Counted from the first letter of the stretch, positions 30,493 through 41,127 are shown. The stretch: 64,000 bases of DNA from Candidatus Doudnabacteria bacterium (GCA_041644975.1 JBAZQX010000006.1:9761-73760), one strand, 5' to 3'. Translations and numbers: made by a program. The notes: a model not told the origin generated them from the sequence alone.

Positions 30493-32802
30493 ATGTTCCA
30501 ACGCTCAAGGTTAGAAATTCAAAACACCAAACTGCTGATTTCTAATCCTAAGGTGCGCGAAGGCTTGTGTAATGTTTTTATTTTTGAACCTGAAAGAGGA
30601 AAAGAGAACTTAGGAGAGCTTCTTATTCTTATCAAAATTGAGGAAGACAATAGAGATAATCGGGAGATCGCCCAAGGAATCGTGGAAATTGTAAAAAATG
30701 AATTTTACCGCGATGCGGAAAAAAATCCCGAAGAAAACTTAGAAGCTAGTTTGGTGAAAATCAATGAGATTCTGAAAGAGTTAGCCTCTTTAGGCAAAGT
30801 GGCTTGGGTGGGTAAGTTGGACGCAATCATCGCTTGTCTCCAAAATAAAAAGCTAATTTTAACCCAAACAGGAAAAGCCTTGTCTCTTTTGGTCCGCGAT
30901 GGCGAGGCTAGTTTTATTACGGAAGGACGGCAGGAGGAAAAAGAAGGCCAACCCCTCAAAACTTTCAAGGGTTTAACCTTCGGTCTTTTGGAACCCAACG
31001 ATCACCTTATTCTTTCCACTGCCACTTTACTTGATTTCTTCTCTCCGGCAAAACTCATCCAAATCCTCTGCCGCGGCACCTTAAAAGAAGCAAAAAATTA
31101 TCTGGAAGAATTACTTAAGGAGCAAATTGAGACAGAAATGGTAGGGACAATCCTTGTCTCCTTAAAACGCATTCAGTCTAAAAAATCTTTCAGACAAAAA
31201 GAAGAACAATTATCCGCTTTAGAAAAAATTGGCAGGCTTGAGGATTTCCCTGAAGTAGTGGAAATGGCAACAGAGGAAGTAGAAACTCAAGCTGATTTCC
31301 TGCAAGCAGTGGATAAAAGACTGGAAGCAAAAAGAAGGGAAAAATTTCCTTTCTCCCTCTTTTGCGCTCTCAAAAGCTCCTTCTTGATTTTAAAACAAGG
31401 AGGGCGATCTTCCTTTAAATATGTCATTAAAATACCCCAATCTCTGTGGCGGTTCATTCTGCTTCCTTTCCTTCTTCTCCTTAAGAAAATATTTTTGTGG
31501 TTTCCTGTCCTTTGGAAAAAACTTCTACCCCTCTTCGGAAAAACAAGGGGTCTCTTGGCGCGCAAAAAGATAAAAACCCCAAGCGTCACCCCCATTCAAA
31601 CTAAACAGGGAATAATCACCAAATTATCCTTTGTGAAATACATTCCAAGATTCATCAAACCGATTTCTCTCCACCTACAAGCTATTCCTTTGCGAAGCAA
31701 AATAATTCTTTCCAGTCTGATCGTCGCGCTATTGTTCCTTGCCTCCGGTATCATCTTCCTCAAAAAATATCATTCCCCCCAGCCCCAAGTCGCGCAAGGC
31801 GAAGAAACGATTCTCCAAGAGGCCGAGGGAAAAAGAAAAGCGGCGTTAGATGCAATGATTTACAAAGACGAAAAGCAAGCAAGGAAACTTTTAGAAGAAG
31901 CGGACCGCCTTACGGGTCAAATTTTGGGTTCGGCCACGCGTCGCGAACAGGCAGAGGGTTTAAAAAGCGCGATTGTAGAGCAATTTGACAAGATGGATAA
32001 TATCACCCGCATCACAGAACCAACGCTTATATTGAATGCTGACCAAATTAACTCTGGTTTCAATCCGTTAGACTTAATTGGCTTGGAGAATGGTCTCTAC
32101 ACTCTCTGCGGTCCCAACAATATCATCCTCCGCCTTGATCCGCAAAAGAAAGAAGCAGTCCAACTCTCGCCCAGTTTTAATGATATAGGCTACCTCGTCC
32201 GCGCTTCCCAGATTGATCAAGGAAAAAATATCCTCTTTGTCAACGCCGATAACGAATTTTCTCTTTTTGATTTTAATTCCTTTAAAATTGAACCTATCAC
32301 GACCGAACCCCCCTTAGAGCCCAACAACATTCAAGATTTAGCTGAATATTCCAACAAAATCTATACCCTCAATCCTAGTGAAAACCAAATCGTGAAATAC
32401 ACGCGCACGATTGGAGGCTTATCCAAAGGAAGCTTATGGCTTTCTGAAGGTGATATTAAAAATGGCGCTTCTTTAGCAATTGACGGTGATGCCTATGTCT
32501 TGACCCTCAATGGTGAAATCTTGAAATTTCGCGCGGGAAAACAAGTGAATTTTAATAAGCCCGCAATCCAGCCCGCCATGGAAAAACCCGCGAAAATTTT
32601 CACGCGATTAAATGACAAAAATCTCTATCTTATTGATCCCCCCACGCGGCGCATTATTGTTTTAGAAAAAAACACGAGCGAAGTGCTCCGCCAATTTACC
32701 TCGGACCAGTTTAACGACCTTAAAGATATTTGGGTAGCACCGGATGAAAAAATAATTTATGTTCTAGCGGGCAAAAGCGTCTTTCAGATAGAAAACAAGT
32801 GA
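30493..32802 (+). CDS. large membrane protein: N-terminal cytoplasmic domain, TM region, C-terminal repeat domain
   Basis: 769 aa; hydrophobic helices around residues 300-420; repetitive C-terminal half. Confidence 0.5.
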   Translation: MFQRSRLEIQNTKLLISNPKVREGLCNVFIFEPERGKENLGELLILIKIEEDNRDNREIAQGIVEIVKNEFYRDAEKNPEENLEASLVKINEILKELASLGKVAWVGKLDAIIACLQNKKLILTQTGKALSLLVRDGEASFITEGRQEEKEGQPLKTFKGLTFGLLEPNDHLILSTATLLDFFSPAKLIQILCRGTLKEAKNYLEELLKEQIETEMVGTILVSLKRIQSKKSFRQKEEQLSALEKIGRLEDFPEVVEMATEEVETQADFLQAVDKRLEAKRREKFPFSLFCALKSSFLILKQGGRSSFKYVIKIPQSLWRFILLPFLLLLKKIFLWFPVLWKKLLPLFGKTRGLLARKKIKTPSVTPIQTKQGIITKLSFVKYIPRFIKPISLHLQAIPLRSKIILSSLIVALLFLASGIIFLKKYHSPQPQVAQGEETILQEAEGKRKAALDAMIYKDEKQARKLLEEADRLTGQILGSATRREQAEGLKSAIVEQFDKMDNITRITEPTLILNADQINSGFNPLDLIGLENGLYTLCGPNNIILRLDPQKKEAVQLSPSFNDIGYLVRASQIDQGKNILFVNADNEFSLFDFNSFKIEPITTEPPLEPNNIQDLAEYSNKIYTLNPSENQIVKYTRTIGGLSKGSLWLSEGDIKNGASLAIDGDAYVLTLNGEILKFRAGKQVNFNKPAIQPAMEKPAKIFTRLNDKNLYLIDPPTRRIIVLEKNTSEVLRQFTSDQFNDLKDIWVAPDEKIIYVLAGKSVFQIENK

Positions 32803-32913
32803 ATTTTTATTTTTTGATTTTTAATTTTTAACTAATTTTTATTTGCTTAATTTATATTGTTATCATAAATAATACAATAATCCAATAGCTCAATAAAAAT
32901 TAGCCAAAAACTA

Positions 32914-32991
32914 CCTGCCCGCCATCGCTTCGCCCGCCCGCAACGCCTTGCGGCTAGCATGGCGGGCGCGGCTTCAGGCGAGGCGGGCGGG
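32914..32991. repeat. family B core repeat
   Basis: ctgcccgccatcgcttcgcccgcccgcaacgccttgcggctagcatggcgggcgcggcttcaggcgaggcgggcggg. Confidence 0.6.
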
Positions 32992-33056
32992 AGAAATAAA
33001 AATTAAAAATTTTAAAAAACAGCCCTTGAGCTGTTTTTGTTTAGTTTAGTTTAGTT

Positions 33057-33665
33057 TTATTCCACCAACCTTCCTTTGACAATGAGTCTTTTCAGCGGCG
33101 TTCCAACCGGCCAACAAGTCATTAAGGAAATAGTGGGTTCGGAAGTGGATGCTAACACCTGCACTTCGTTTTCGGAAACAATTATTTTATCAATGACTCT
33201 ATATAAATATTCTTTACCCTGATAATATACTTTGATTTCGTCATTTGTTTCTAATTTATCCAAGAGAGCGAAAATATCTTTATAATCTCCTTTGCGCCAA
33301 ATATAATCTGATGAATGGCCAAGGATAAAATAATTCCCTACCTCCCCTGAATTTGCCGTCCCCGGATAATGGACGACGCCGTTCTCTAGACCCTTTTGAA
33401 TCGTGCTCTCTTGACTATTCTCCACCTCAATGACTGGCACATTCACATTAATTTTAGGGATGATGAGCCGAGTTTCCGCTGGAATCCCCTCCTCGCGGGA
33501 GGGCTTCTCTAAAATAGTCCGGATTACTTCCGCCTTGGGATATTTAGAATAAAAATAATATTCCGCCTGCTTCACCAAAGCCTGATAATTGATCACTCCA
33601 AAAACCACGGCTAAAAACAAAACCGCGTAGATTATTCTTTTAATTAAACGGAGGGGATGAAACAT
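33057..33665 (-). CDS. sortase family transpeptidase
   Basis: N-terminal TM; conserved His (ILGHSS) and catalytic Cys in the TLxTC-like motif ISLMTCWP. Confidence 0.7.
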   Translation of the reverse strand: MFHPLRLIKRIIYAVLFLAVVFGVINYQALVKQAEYYFYSKYPKAEVIRTILEKPSREEGIPAETRLIIPKINVNVPVIEVENSQESTIQKGLENGVVHYPGTANSGEVGNYFILGHSSDYIWRKGDYKDIFALLDKLETNDEIKVYYQGKEYLYRVIDKIIVSENEVQVLASTSEPTISLMTCWPVGTPLKRLIVKGRLVE

Positions 33666-33700
33666 AAATAAATCAAAGTGTAAAAATCAAAATGTAAAAT

Positions 33701-33960
33701 GATCATCGCTTCGCGAGATCTCGCGAAGCGAGACAGTGCAAAATTTTAAAATGAATTACGTTTTTTGGGAATTCACCATTTATGGTTTTAAAACCGAGGT
33801 TTTCATAGGGTTTTGCCACGCCTTTGCCAGCAGTCACTAAAAAGGCGTGAAAAGGCTAAAGTATACCACGGTGAATACAGTGGCCTAAATTCCCAAAATC
33901 ATTTTGACATTTTAAACTGTCATTTTGATTTTTGCATTTTACATTTTACATTTCTATTAT
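33701..33960. mobile_element. ~260-bp composite repeat element K (copy 2)
   Basis: Collinear with 18511-18748: same GC palindrome, ttgggaattcaccatttatggttt, aattcccaa and terminal cattttacattttacattt. Confidence 0.55.
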
Positions 33961-34017
33961 ACCAAACTTAGAATAAAAAATCACCTCATACTCTGGAGGT
34001 GATTTTTAAATCTCTAT

Positions 34018-34455
34018 TTATTTCAATGTTACCGTCGCTCCCGCCTCTTCCAATTTCTTCTTAAGCTCTTCGGCTTCAGCCTTACCCATCTTGGCTTTAA
34101 TCACTTTAGGGGCGCTGTCCACAATATCCTTCGCTTCTTTTAGTCCCTGCCCGGTGATTTCGCGGACGAGTTTGATCACCGCGATTTTGGCATCGCCAGG
34201 GGCGGTCAGTTCCACATCCCATTCTGTCTTTTCTTCAGCAACGCCCGCGGCCTCACCGCTCCCAGCAGGGGCGCCAGCGGCAGACATAGCCACAGGGGCA
34301 GAGGCAGAAACGCCAAATTTCTCTTCAAGAACCTTAACCAACTCCGATAGGTCCAATACGGTCATCTTTCCGATTTCTTCCACAATTTTTTTGAACTTCT
34401 CTGGAACTTTAACCTTTTTTTCTTCCTTGATTTCTTCTTTTGTTTCCTCGGCCAT
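34018..34455 (-). CDS. rplL: 50S ribosomal protein L7/L12
   Basis: Ala-rich flexible hinge; C-terminal domain [19 protein letters not shown]. Confidence 0.95.
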   Translation of the reverse strand: MAEETKEEIKEEKKVKVPEKFKKIVEEIGKMTVLDLSELVKVLEEKFGVSASAPVAMSAAGAPAGSGEAAGVAEEKTEWDVELTAPGDAKIAVIKLVREITGQGLKEAKDIVDSAPKVIKAKMGKAEAEELKKKLEEAGATVTLK

Positions 34456-34505
34456 AAATTTTGTATAAAAGGGAGAATACGAATTATCAAAATCTTGATG
34501 AATTA

Positions 34506-35039
34506 TTATTCTGCGCCTTTTTCGCTAATATTTTTTAAAATATAAATTAAATTACGCAAGTTACCCGCCAAAACGTTGGCAAAACCAGAAACTGGAGCGG
34601 CGATCGCGCCAACAACCCTGGCCCGCATCTCACCGCGACCCGGAAGTCCAGCTAAACTTAAAATTTCTGTGTCCGCCAGAAAACGTTTATCTAAAATACC
34701 ACCTAAAATTTTCAAATCCTTATGCGCTTTTTTAAAATTAACTAAAACGCGAGCAGGCGCGATCTCATCTTCTAAACCAAAGGCCAGAGAAAGCGGCCCC
34801 TCCACCTTCACTTCTTCTTTTAAAACCTTTAGATCTTTATCCTGTTCAATGGCGATTCCGAAAAGCTTTTTTTTTGTAACTTTCAGAACAGCGTTCTCTT
34901 TTTTGAGATGGCGGCGCAGATCTTGGATTTCAGAAACTTTGAGATTTGTAAAATCCGCAAAAACAACGCTTTTCATTTTGCCAAAAATTTCGCATAACCA
35001 TTTTACCTCTTTTTCCTTTTGTTTTTTGGTTTTGGCCAT
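34506..35039 (-). CDS. rplJ: 50S ribosomal protein L10
   Basis: 177 aa, immediately upstream of rplL; typical L10 N-terminal region. Confidence 0.9.
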   Translation of the reverse strand: MAKTKKQKEKEVKWLCEIFGKMKSVVFADFTNLKVSEIQDLRRHLKKENAVLKVTKKKLFGIAIEQDKDLKVLKEEVKVEGPLSLAFGLEDEIAPARVLVNFKKAHKDLKILGGILDKRFLADTEILSLAGLPGRGEMRARVVGAIAAPVSGFANVLAGNLRNLIYILKNISEKGAE

Positions 35040-35290
35040 AAAGTTGGAATTAGGAATAGCAAATTAGGGATAAAAAAATAAAGTCTTTTTCCCAAGAGGC
35101 TTTATCAAATACAAAAAAGTCAACTTGCTCTTTCCTGCACGAGATTTACCAAGCGGCTCATACCACCCTACTCGTGGTCTTGGGAAGCATATGTATTATA
35201 CACTGGCAGAAGAAACTGTCAACCTTAAGGGGATTAAGAATTATGAATATTTTTATATTCCTAATTCCTAATTCCTGATTCCTGATTCAT

Positions 35291-36304
35291 TTACGGAAGA
35301 TATTTCTGCTTGTTCAGATTGTGCTCCTGCAAGTTTTTGGAAAAAACAGCGGGTTGTCCTTCTGGATGCAGGAAATACAAATAGTCCGTCTCTTCGGAAT
35401 AAATCACTGCTCTTATCGCGGCTAAACCTGGGTTGCAGATCGGACTTGGCGGCAATCCCTTGTAACGATAAGTATTATAACGGGAATCCATTTGGACATC
35501 CTCCAAAGTGGGCTGGCGCGATTTTTTACCGGTCACGTAATTCACCGTGGCGTCGGATTCCAAAGAACGATCCAATTCAAGGCGGTTATAAAATACCCCC
35601 GCGATCTTCGGCATTTCCTCTTCGCTAGCCGATTCTTTTTCCACAATGCTCGCCAGAATTAAAACATCATATAAATTCTTTTCCTGCTTCTCTATCTCTG
35701 CCGAAAGATCAGACCCCATTTTCTTTTGAAAATTTGCCAACATCTTTTTCAAAAGATCTTCCACGGCTTGATCCTTGTAAACCCGATAAGTATCGGGGAA
35801 CAAAAAACCTTCCAGGGAGGATTCCGGAGGTGTCTTAAAATGGTCAGCGAAGACGCTATCTTCAAAACCGCGGGTCGCGACAATGAAATCGTCTCGCTCA
35901 ATAAGCTTTAACCCCGCTAAATACTGATCAATATCCTGCCGATCCCAACCTTCAATAATTGTAATATCTATCTCCTTAGGCTCTGGTTTGCCAGTCAAAA
36001 CGCGGACAGTTTCGGGAATATTAATCTTGGGTGGCAATTTGAATTCACCCGCCTTAAAATCCTTCTCTCTCTTCTCTGCCCAGACATAGACTTCAAAATA
36101 CCAAGCATCGCGAATAAAACCTTCCTTTTGCAAATTGCCGGCAATCTCTTTGACTCCCTGACCTTCTGTAATCACAAACTGCCGCGTCCCCTCGCTCTCG
36201 TTAAAGGATCTATGGATCTGCCATTCAATAAAAAGCAAAACCGCTAGTAAAATGAATAAAAATGAAATTACAAAAAGAATGATGGTGTTAAAAATTTTCT
36301 TCAT
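35291..36304 (-). CDS. mltG: endolytic murein transglycosylase MltG (YceG family)
   Basis: N-terminal TM; YceG-type motifs FPDTY, LASIVEKE, YNTYRYKGLPPSPICNPG. Confidence 0.85.
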   Translation of the reverse strand: MKKIFNTIILFVISFLFILLAVLLFIEWQIHRSFNESEGTRQFVITEGQGVKEIAGNLQKEGFIRDAWYFEVYVWAEKREKDFKAGEFKLPPKINIPETVRVLTGKPEPKEIDITIIEGWDRQDIDQYLAGLKLIERDDFIVATRGFEDSVFADHFKTPPESSLEGFLFPDTYRVYKDQAVEDLLKKMLANFQKKMGSDLSAEIEKQEKNLYDVLILASIVEKESASEEEMPKIAGVFYNRLELDRSLESDATVNYVTGKKSRQPTLEDVQMDSRYNTYRYKGLPPSPICNPGLAAIRAVIYSEETDYLYFLHPEGQPAVFSKNLQEHNLNKQKYLP

Positions 36305-36350
36305 AGATTGGAATCAGGAATAATGAATCAGGAATATAAAATATTCATAA

Positions 36351-37430
36351 TCACAAATATTTCTTCTGCCCATTCTTCTCCAATGTCTCCACGATCTTCT
36401 TTACATCCTGCGACCGATCCTTGGGGCAGATTAACAAAATATCTTCCGTATCAATGACCACCATATCGCGCATACCGATAGTAGCCACTAATTTTTTGGC
36501 GGGCGCGTAAATTAAACTGCCGTCCGTATCCAAACCAACGTGATGGCACTTGATATAATTCTCGGCTTGACCGTGCGTCAAAATTTCCTTGACCGCCTGC
36601 CATTGCCCCACATCGGACCAGCCAAATTCCGCGGGAATGGTTAAAATCTTTTTAGTTTTTTCCACGATGCCATAGTCCACGGAGATGGGCTTAATCTTGC
36701 TGTACTCTAGGTCTAAAACTTTTTTTTCTTCCTTCGTGCCAATGGCTTTTTGAATCTTCCTTAATTTTTTATAAGTGTCGGGAAGATATTTTTCAAAAAG
36801 CGCGACCAAGGCCTTCGCCTTCCAAAAAAACATCCCCGAATTCCATAAATATTGGCCTGAAGCGATATAACGTTGGGCGGTTTTCAAATCCGGTTTTTCC
36901 ACGAAACGTTTCACATAATAGACAGCATCCTTGCCTCGCTTTTTTAAGAGACGACTGCGTTCAATATAGCCATAGCCGGTTTCAGGATAAGCCGGATTCA
37001 TACCCAAAATCACCGTGTATTCCGGTCTCTCCGAAACAATCTGTTCGGCTAATTTTGCCACCCGGCGATATTCATCTTCATCCAGAATATAATGGTCGGA
37101 GTAGACGCAAGATATCACTGCCTCCGGATCCCGTTTTTCCAAAATCACCGCCGCGAGGCCTAGAGCCGCCGCTGTATCTTTGCGTTCCGGCTCCAAAGAA
37201 AAATTGGAAAGCGAAAGAGAAGGGAGTTGTTTTCTAATATCCTTAAAATTTTTCCGCCCCGTGGTAATGAGAATATGCTTTTTATCCACGGCTTTGGCTA
37301 GACGGGTGAAAGTTTTTTGCAAAAGCGTGCGGTTGCCAATAATGGCTTGGGATTGTTTGGGTTTAGCCTTGCGACTTATAGGCCAAAGGCGCGTCCCCGT
37401 TCCGCCCGCCATAATCACGGCGTAGAACAT
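36351..37430 (-). CDS. mannose-1-phosphate guanylyltransferase (nucleotidyltransferase, GMP family)
   Basis: MFYAVIMAGGTGTRLWP sugar-nucleotidyltransferase N-terminus; start set at the MFYAV methionine. Confidence 0.75.
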   Translation of the reverse strand: MFYAVIMAGGTGTRLWPISRKAKPKQSQAIIGNRTLLQKTFTRLAKAVDKKHILITTGRKNFKDIRKQLPSLSLSNFSLEPERKDTAAALGLAAVILEKRDPEAVISCVYSDHYILDEDEYRRVAKLAEQIVSERPEYTVILGMNPAYPETGYGYIERSRLLKKRGKDAVYYVKRFVEKPDLKTAQRYIASGQYLWNSGMFFWKAKALVALFEKYLPDTYKKLRKIQKAIGTKEEKKVLDLEYSKIKPISVDYGIVEKTKKILTIPAEFGWSDVGQWQAVKEILTHGQAENYIKCHHVGLDTDGSLIYAPAKKLVATIGMRDMVVIDTEDILLICPKDRSQDVKKIVETLEKNGQKKYL

Positions 37431-37539
37431 AATATTAAAGTGAAAAGCTAAAAGTGAAAAGCTAAATTTCAAAACTAAAAACTTCTATGATCTTTTTCCT
37501 TTTTGATAATCTTAATGGAAAATCGATAGGCTCTGTATT

Positions 37540-38232
37540 TTACTTGATCTTGCTTTTCCATAAGTTTTTAGCTTGAAGTTGTGGCTTTACACTTTGCGCT
37601 TTTACTAATGGCACGAATGAGAATCCTGGCTCTTCGGTAATCTCAAAATCATCTTCACTTATTTTTTCCAGTCGCGTCATTGTGCAAGTATAAGGCGAAC
37701 CCACGGGAATGACCATCACCCCGCCCACTTTTAACTGCGCTTTTAAAGCCTCGGGAATCTCAAGCGCCGCCGCCGCCACAATAATGCGGTCATAAGGCGC
37801 CGCTACCGGATGCCCTTTCCAACCATCGCCTAAAATAAATTGAACATTGCGGAAACCTAATGCCTTAACATTCTTCTCGCCAAACTCTTTCAATTTTGGA
37901 ATTACTTCTAAGGCGTAAATTTTCCCTTTGGCGCCAACAATGTGCGCGAGCAGCCCTGCCTGCCAGCCAGAGCCTGAACCCACATCTAAAATCTTGTCTC
38001 CCCTTTTCGGGGCGAGCATCTCTAGCATCATCGCGACGGTCAAGGGCTGGGAAATCGTCTGACCGAAACCAATGGGTAGAGGGGCGTTAATTTCCGACTG
38101 TTCGCGCAGATCCTCTGCGCTTCTACCCTCCTTGGGGATAAAACGAAAGCGAGGCACTCTTCTAAATGCCTCAATGATCCGCGGCGTGCGCAAATGTCCT
38201 TGACTGATTAGGGTTTCAATTAGAGCGGACAT
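37540..38232 (-). CDS. pcm: protein-L-isoaspartate O-methyltransferase
   Basis: SAM-binding motif LDVGSGSGWQAGLLAHIVG and overall PCMT pattern. Confidence 0.85.
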   Translation of the reverse strand: MSALIETLISQGHLRTPRIIEAFRRVPRFRFIPKEGRSAEDLREQSEINAPLPIGFGQTISQPLTVAMMLEMLAPKRGDKILDVGSGSGWQAGLLAHIVGAKGKIYALEVIPKLKEFGEKNVKALGFRNVQFILGDGWKGHPVAAPYDRIIVAAAALEIPEALKAQLKVGGVMVIPVGSPYTCTMTRLEKISEDDFEITEEPGFSFVPLVKAQSVKPQLQAKNLWKSKIK

Positions 38233-38285
38233 AATGATGTTTATAATCTAACATAAATTCTTTCCTAAATCAAGGAAAGACCCCC

Positions 38286-38370
38286 TCCCCGCCCGCCTCG
38301 CACTCCCGCCGCGCCCGCCATGCAGCTAAGAGCGTTGCGGGCGGGCGAAGCTTGTGAGCGGGCAGGCACC
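38286..38370. repeat. family B core repeat (variant)
   Basis: ccgcccgcctcgcactcccgccgcgcccgccatgcagctaagagcgttgcgggcgggcgaagcttgtgagcgggcagg; the small ORFs 38265-38522 and 38270-38452 are read from this repeat. Confidence 0.6.
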
Positions 38371-38509
38371 TCCCCCTTCCGCCCAAGGCGGACACAGTGG
38401 AAGGGGGAGTGAAAAATCCCTTGACTTTTATCTTTATAACTTCTAAAATCAATGTGCTCTGAATATCCTTGGATCTTTACACTCATACTGAATTGGAAGG
38501 AGAGAAAAA

Positions 38510-38881
38510 ATGGAGAGAACATCTTTTGTTATAGCAAGCGTAGAGAATGGAATAAGCGCTGCGACATTGTCCGCAATTACGGGCATTATTTACACAATGG
38601 CGGAAAAAGTGGAGGAAGCACTGTCTCCCTTGACTAAATGTCCTATTATTTGGGGTATTATTCCTTATCTGTATAATAATGAGGAACCTGCGTGCACCTA
38701 TTCTGTTTCTATATGTAAAGGTGTGGAAACGCCTGAAGCATTGCGGCTAATCCACGTAGATGGGGCTCTGATGAGCGTGGCCAAGGTGGTCGATCATTAT
38801 GTTTCTGCGCAATTCCCGCTAGAGATGATTGAAAGCAATATACGGGATATTATTAGTGACTTAACAAAACAAATGCCTTGA
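38510..38881 (+). CDS. hypothetical protein
   Basis: 123 aa; bracketed by family B repeats; followed by a terminator. Confidence 0.4.
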   Translation: MERTSFVIASVENGISAATLSAITGIIYTMAEKVEEALSPLTKCPIIWGIIPYLYNNEEPACTYSVSICKGVETPEALRLIHVDGALMSVAKVVDHYVSAQFPLEMIESNIRDIISDLTKQMP

Positions 38882-38909
38882 CCCACGGAATAAGCTGGGT
38901 CTTTTTTTT
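38880..38909 (+). terminator. rho-independent terminator
   Basis: gaccca-cggaataagc-tgggtc followed by T8. Confidence 0.6.
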
Positions 38910-38935
38910 ATATAAAGTTAATCTCCCACCCCCTC

Positions 38936-38975
38936 CCCGCCCGCCATCGCTTCGCTTCAGGCGAGGCGGGCGGGC
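38936..38975. repeat. family B core repeat
   Basis: ccccgcccgccatcgcttcgcttcaggcgaggcgggcggg. Confidence 0.65.
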
Positions 38976-39097
38976 ATCTCCCCCTCTTAATCAAGGGGGG
39001 AGTAAAAATCCTTGCTTTTTTTCTTTAGATATGATATAATATAACCATCAAGTACAAAGAGCTCGCCCCGTGTCTAAAGCGAGCTTTTCGGCTTTTT

Positions 39098-39125
39098 AAG
39101 GATGTCGTTCGCGAACGACATCCTA
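39098..39125. repeat. family C palindrome ggatgtcgttcgcgaacgacatcc
   Basis: Perfect 24-bp palindrome; related copies at 49541, 56874, 62941. Confidence 0.6.
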
Positions 39126-39183
39126 AAGAACGGCAAAATATCCAGATTCCAGCCTTTTAACCCATCTTTACTAAACATTGAAT

Positions 39184-39304
39184 TATGGAATGTATCGTCA
39201 TTGCGAGGGAGGCATCTGATGCCGACCGAAGCAATCTCCTAAATCTGTATAAATACAGCTCGATGAGATTGCTTCGTCGGGCTCAAAGAGCCCTCCTCGC
39301 AATG
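39184..39304. mobile_element. family B MITE-like nested palindrome
   Basis: cgtcattgcgaggga ... gaagcaatctc ... gagattgcttcg ... cctcctcgcaatgac. Confidence 0.65.
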
Positions 39305-39340
39305 ACAAAATGAATTTCGTAATTCCAAGGTTACTAAAGC

Positions 39341-40822
39341 TTGGGAGTGAGTAAAATCAAAACAAATATCCTACCCCAAAACAAGGGCGGGACACATAAA
39401 ATGAATATCAAGACTATTCTCAAATGGTTCGTGCCGTATAAGAACAATCAATATCAACCTTACGCTCTGCGTAAAAAGGCGCTTACCTTTTATGTCGCCG
39501 TGATTTTCATACTGAAGGCGAGCGTCGGTTTTTTGTTTTTCGCTTTTCCGGAAACCGCCTATCTCTCTCAAGTGAGCATTAAAGAAATCGTAGACCTCGC
39601 GAATCAATCTCGCGCCGAGGTAGGTCTCGCTCCCCTTAAACTGAATGCCAAATTAAATATCTCGTCCGCGGGAAAAGCCGAAGATATGATGACGAAGCAA
39701 TATTTTGCCCATAACTCGCCCGAGGGCGTGGAGCCTTGGTATTGGTTTGAGAAAGCGGGCTATCCCTACACCTACGCGGGAGAAAATCTGGCTCTCGGTT
39801 TTGAAACAAGCACGGGCGTGCATCAAGCTTGGATGAATTCCAAAGGTCACCGCGACAATATTATCAATCCTAATTACAAAGAGATTGGCGTCGCGATTAT
39901 TTACGGCAATTTTGAAGGCAGTTTCACCACGATTATTGTTCAGCATTTCGGCTCTATCGAATCCACAACTCCCCAAGAAGTCCCTGCCTATCCGCCTCCG
40001 AAAAAAGAAACCCCGGCGCCGACCACCCCGCCTCAAACCCCGGCGAATCCCGACCGCACGGCTCCCGCTCCCCCGCGCATTCTAACCCCCGATCCCCGCA
40101 CGCTGACGAATAATAAAGAAGTAACCATCACGGGACAAGCCGAAAAAGAAAGCACAGTTTTAATCTATGAAAAAAACCAAAAGATCGGCCAGACCAAAGC
40201 TACTAAAAATAACCGCTTTAATTTTGCTTCCGCTTCCGATTTTTCCGATGGCGAACATTCTTTCCGCGCCATGGCGGTGGATAAAGCAGGAAACCGCAGC
40301 GCTTTCTCTAAAAGCGTGGCGGTGGTCATTGACACAACTCCGCCGGTAATTGATATGGAAAAATCATATATCCTGCCCACTTATCTTAATCCGCTTAAAA
40401 CCTTTGATGTCTTCGCTTATGTGACTGGCGAACCGGTGGAAGTCAAAGCCACTGCCGGTCAAAATGAAGTTATTCTCAAAGAAAAAGAGGCGCATCTCTA
40501 TCGCGGCGTTATTAACCAATCAACAAGCGGGGTCTGGGTTCAAACGAAAGATGCCGCCGGCAATGTTGCCAAGGCAAAATTAAACTTTACCCAAAATGTC
40601 AGCAGCGAGCGCGACCTGCATCTGGTGAACTCCGACAATAGTTGGACGCTTTTCTTAAACACACTGGATCAAACTAGCCGCAATCTTATTATAATCTTTA
40701 GCGCCGCGATTATGATTCTTCTGCTTGTAAATATTCTTGTGCATATCAAAAAACAAAACAGTAAAACCATCAGCTCTGTCTTGCTGATTATCCTTATTAA
40801 CGGTCTTCTCCTGGCGGCTTAA
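39341..40822 (+). CDS. CAP (SCP/PR-1-like) domain cell-surface protein with Pro-rich linker, Ig-like domains and C-terminal TM
   Basis: CAP motifs (FAHNSPEG ... GENLA ... WMNSKGHRDNIINPNYKEIGVAI); likely start at MNIKTILKW (39401). Confidence 0.7.
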   Translation: MGVSKIKTNILPQNKGGTHKMNIKTILKWFVPYKNNQYQPYALRKKALTFYVAVIFILKASVGFLFFAFPETAYLSQVSIKEIVDLANQSRAEVGLAPLKLNAKLNISSAGKAEDMMTKQYFAHNSPEGVEPWYWFEKAGYPYTYAGENLALGFETSTGVHQAWMNSKGHRDNIINPNYKEIGVAIIYGNFEGSFTTIIVQHFGSIESTTPQEVPAYPPPKKETPAPTTPPQTPANPDRTAPAPPRILTPDPRTLTNNKEVTITGQAEKESTVLIYEKNQKIGQTKATKNNRFNFASASDFSDGEHSFRAMAVDKAGNRSAFSKSVAVVIDTTPPVIDMEKSYILPTYLNPLKTFDVFAYVTGEPVEVKATAGQNEVILKEKEAHLYRGVINQSTSGVWVQTKDAAGNVAKAKLNFTQNVSSERDLHLVNSDNSWTLFLNTLDQTSRNLIIIFSAAIMILLLVNILVHIKKQNSKTISSVLLIILINGLLLAA

Positions 40823-41127
40823 TCTTGGTTATTCTTGAGGCCACTTAAAATAAAGGTCGAGGTCTCAAAGTAACAATAGTAAAACCCGCCTTCGTCTCAT
40901 TGACTTCGGCGAGGTAAAACAAAAATAAAAAACACCCTTAAATAAATAAGAGGGTGTTTTAATTCTTAAAAATATTGACAGCGTGGAATAAAAAAGAATA
41001 TAATGGTAGCGGATAGGTGAATACCCCTCCCAAAAGAGTATTAGCTTATTCCAGCCTTCAGGGAGCCCTTGATTTTGAAGAAAGCTCCCGGAAGGCTTTT
41101 TATTATTTTTAGGACTTCCGCGTTTGA

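Noticed and set aside
38265-38522. 85-aa and 60-aa ORFs in the pcm-downstream gap
   Set aside because: Both are translations of the GC-rich family B core repeat (Ala/Arg/Gly-rich). They are not genuine genes.
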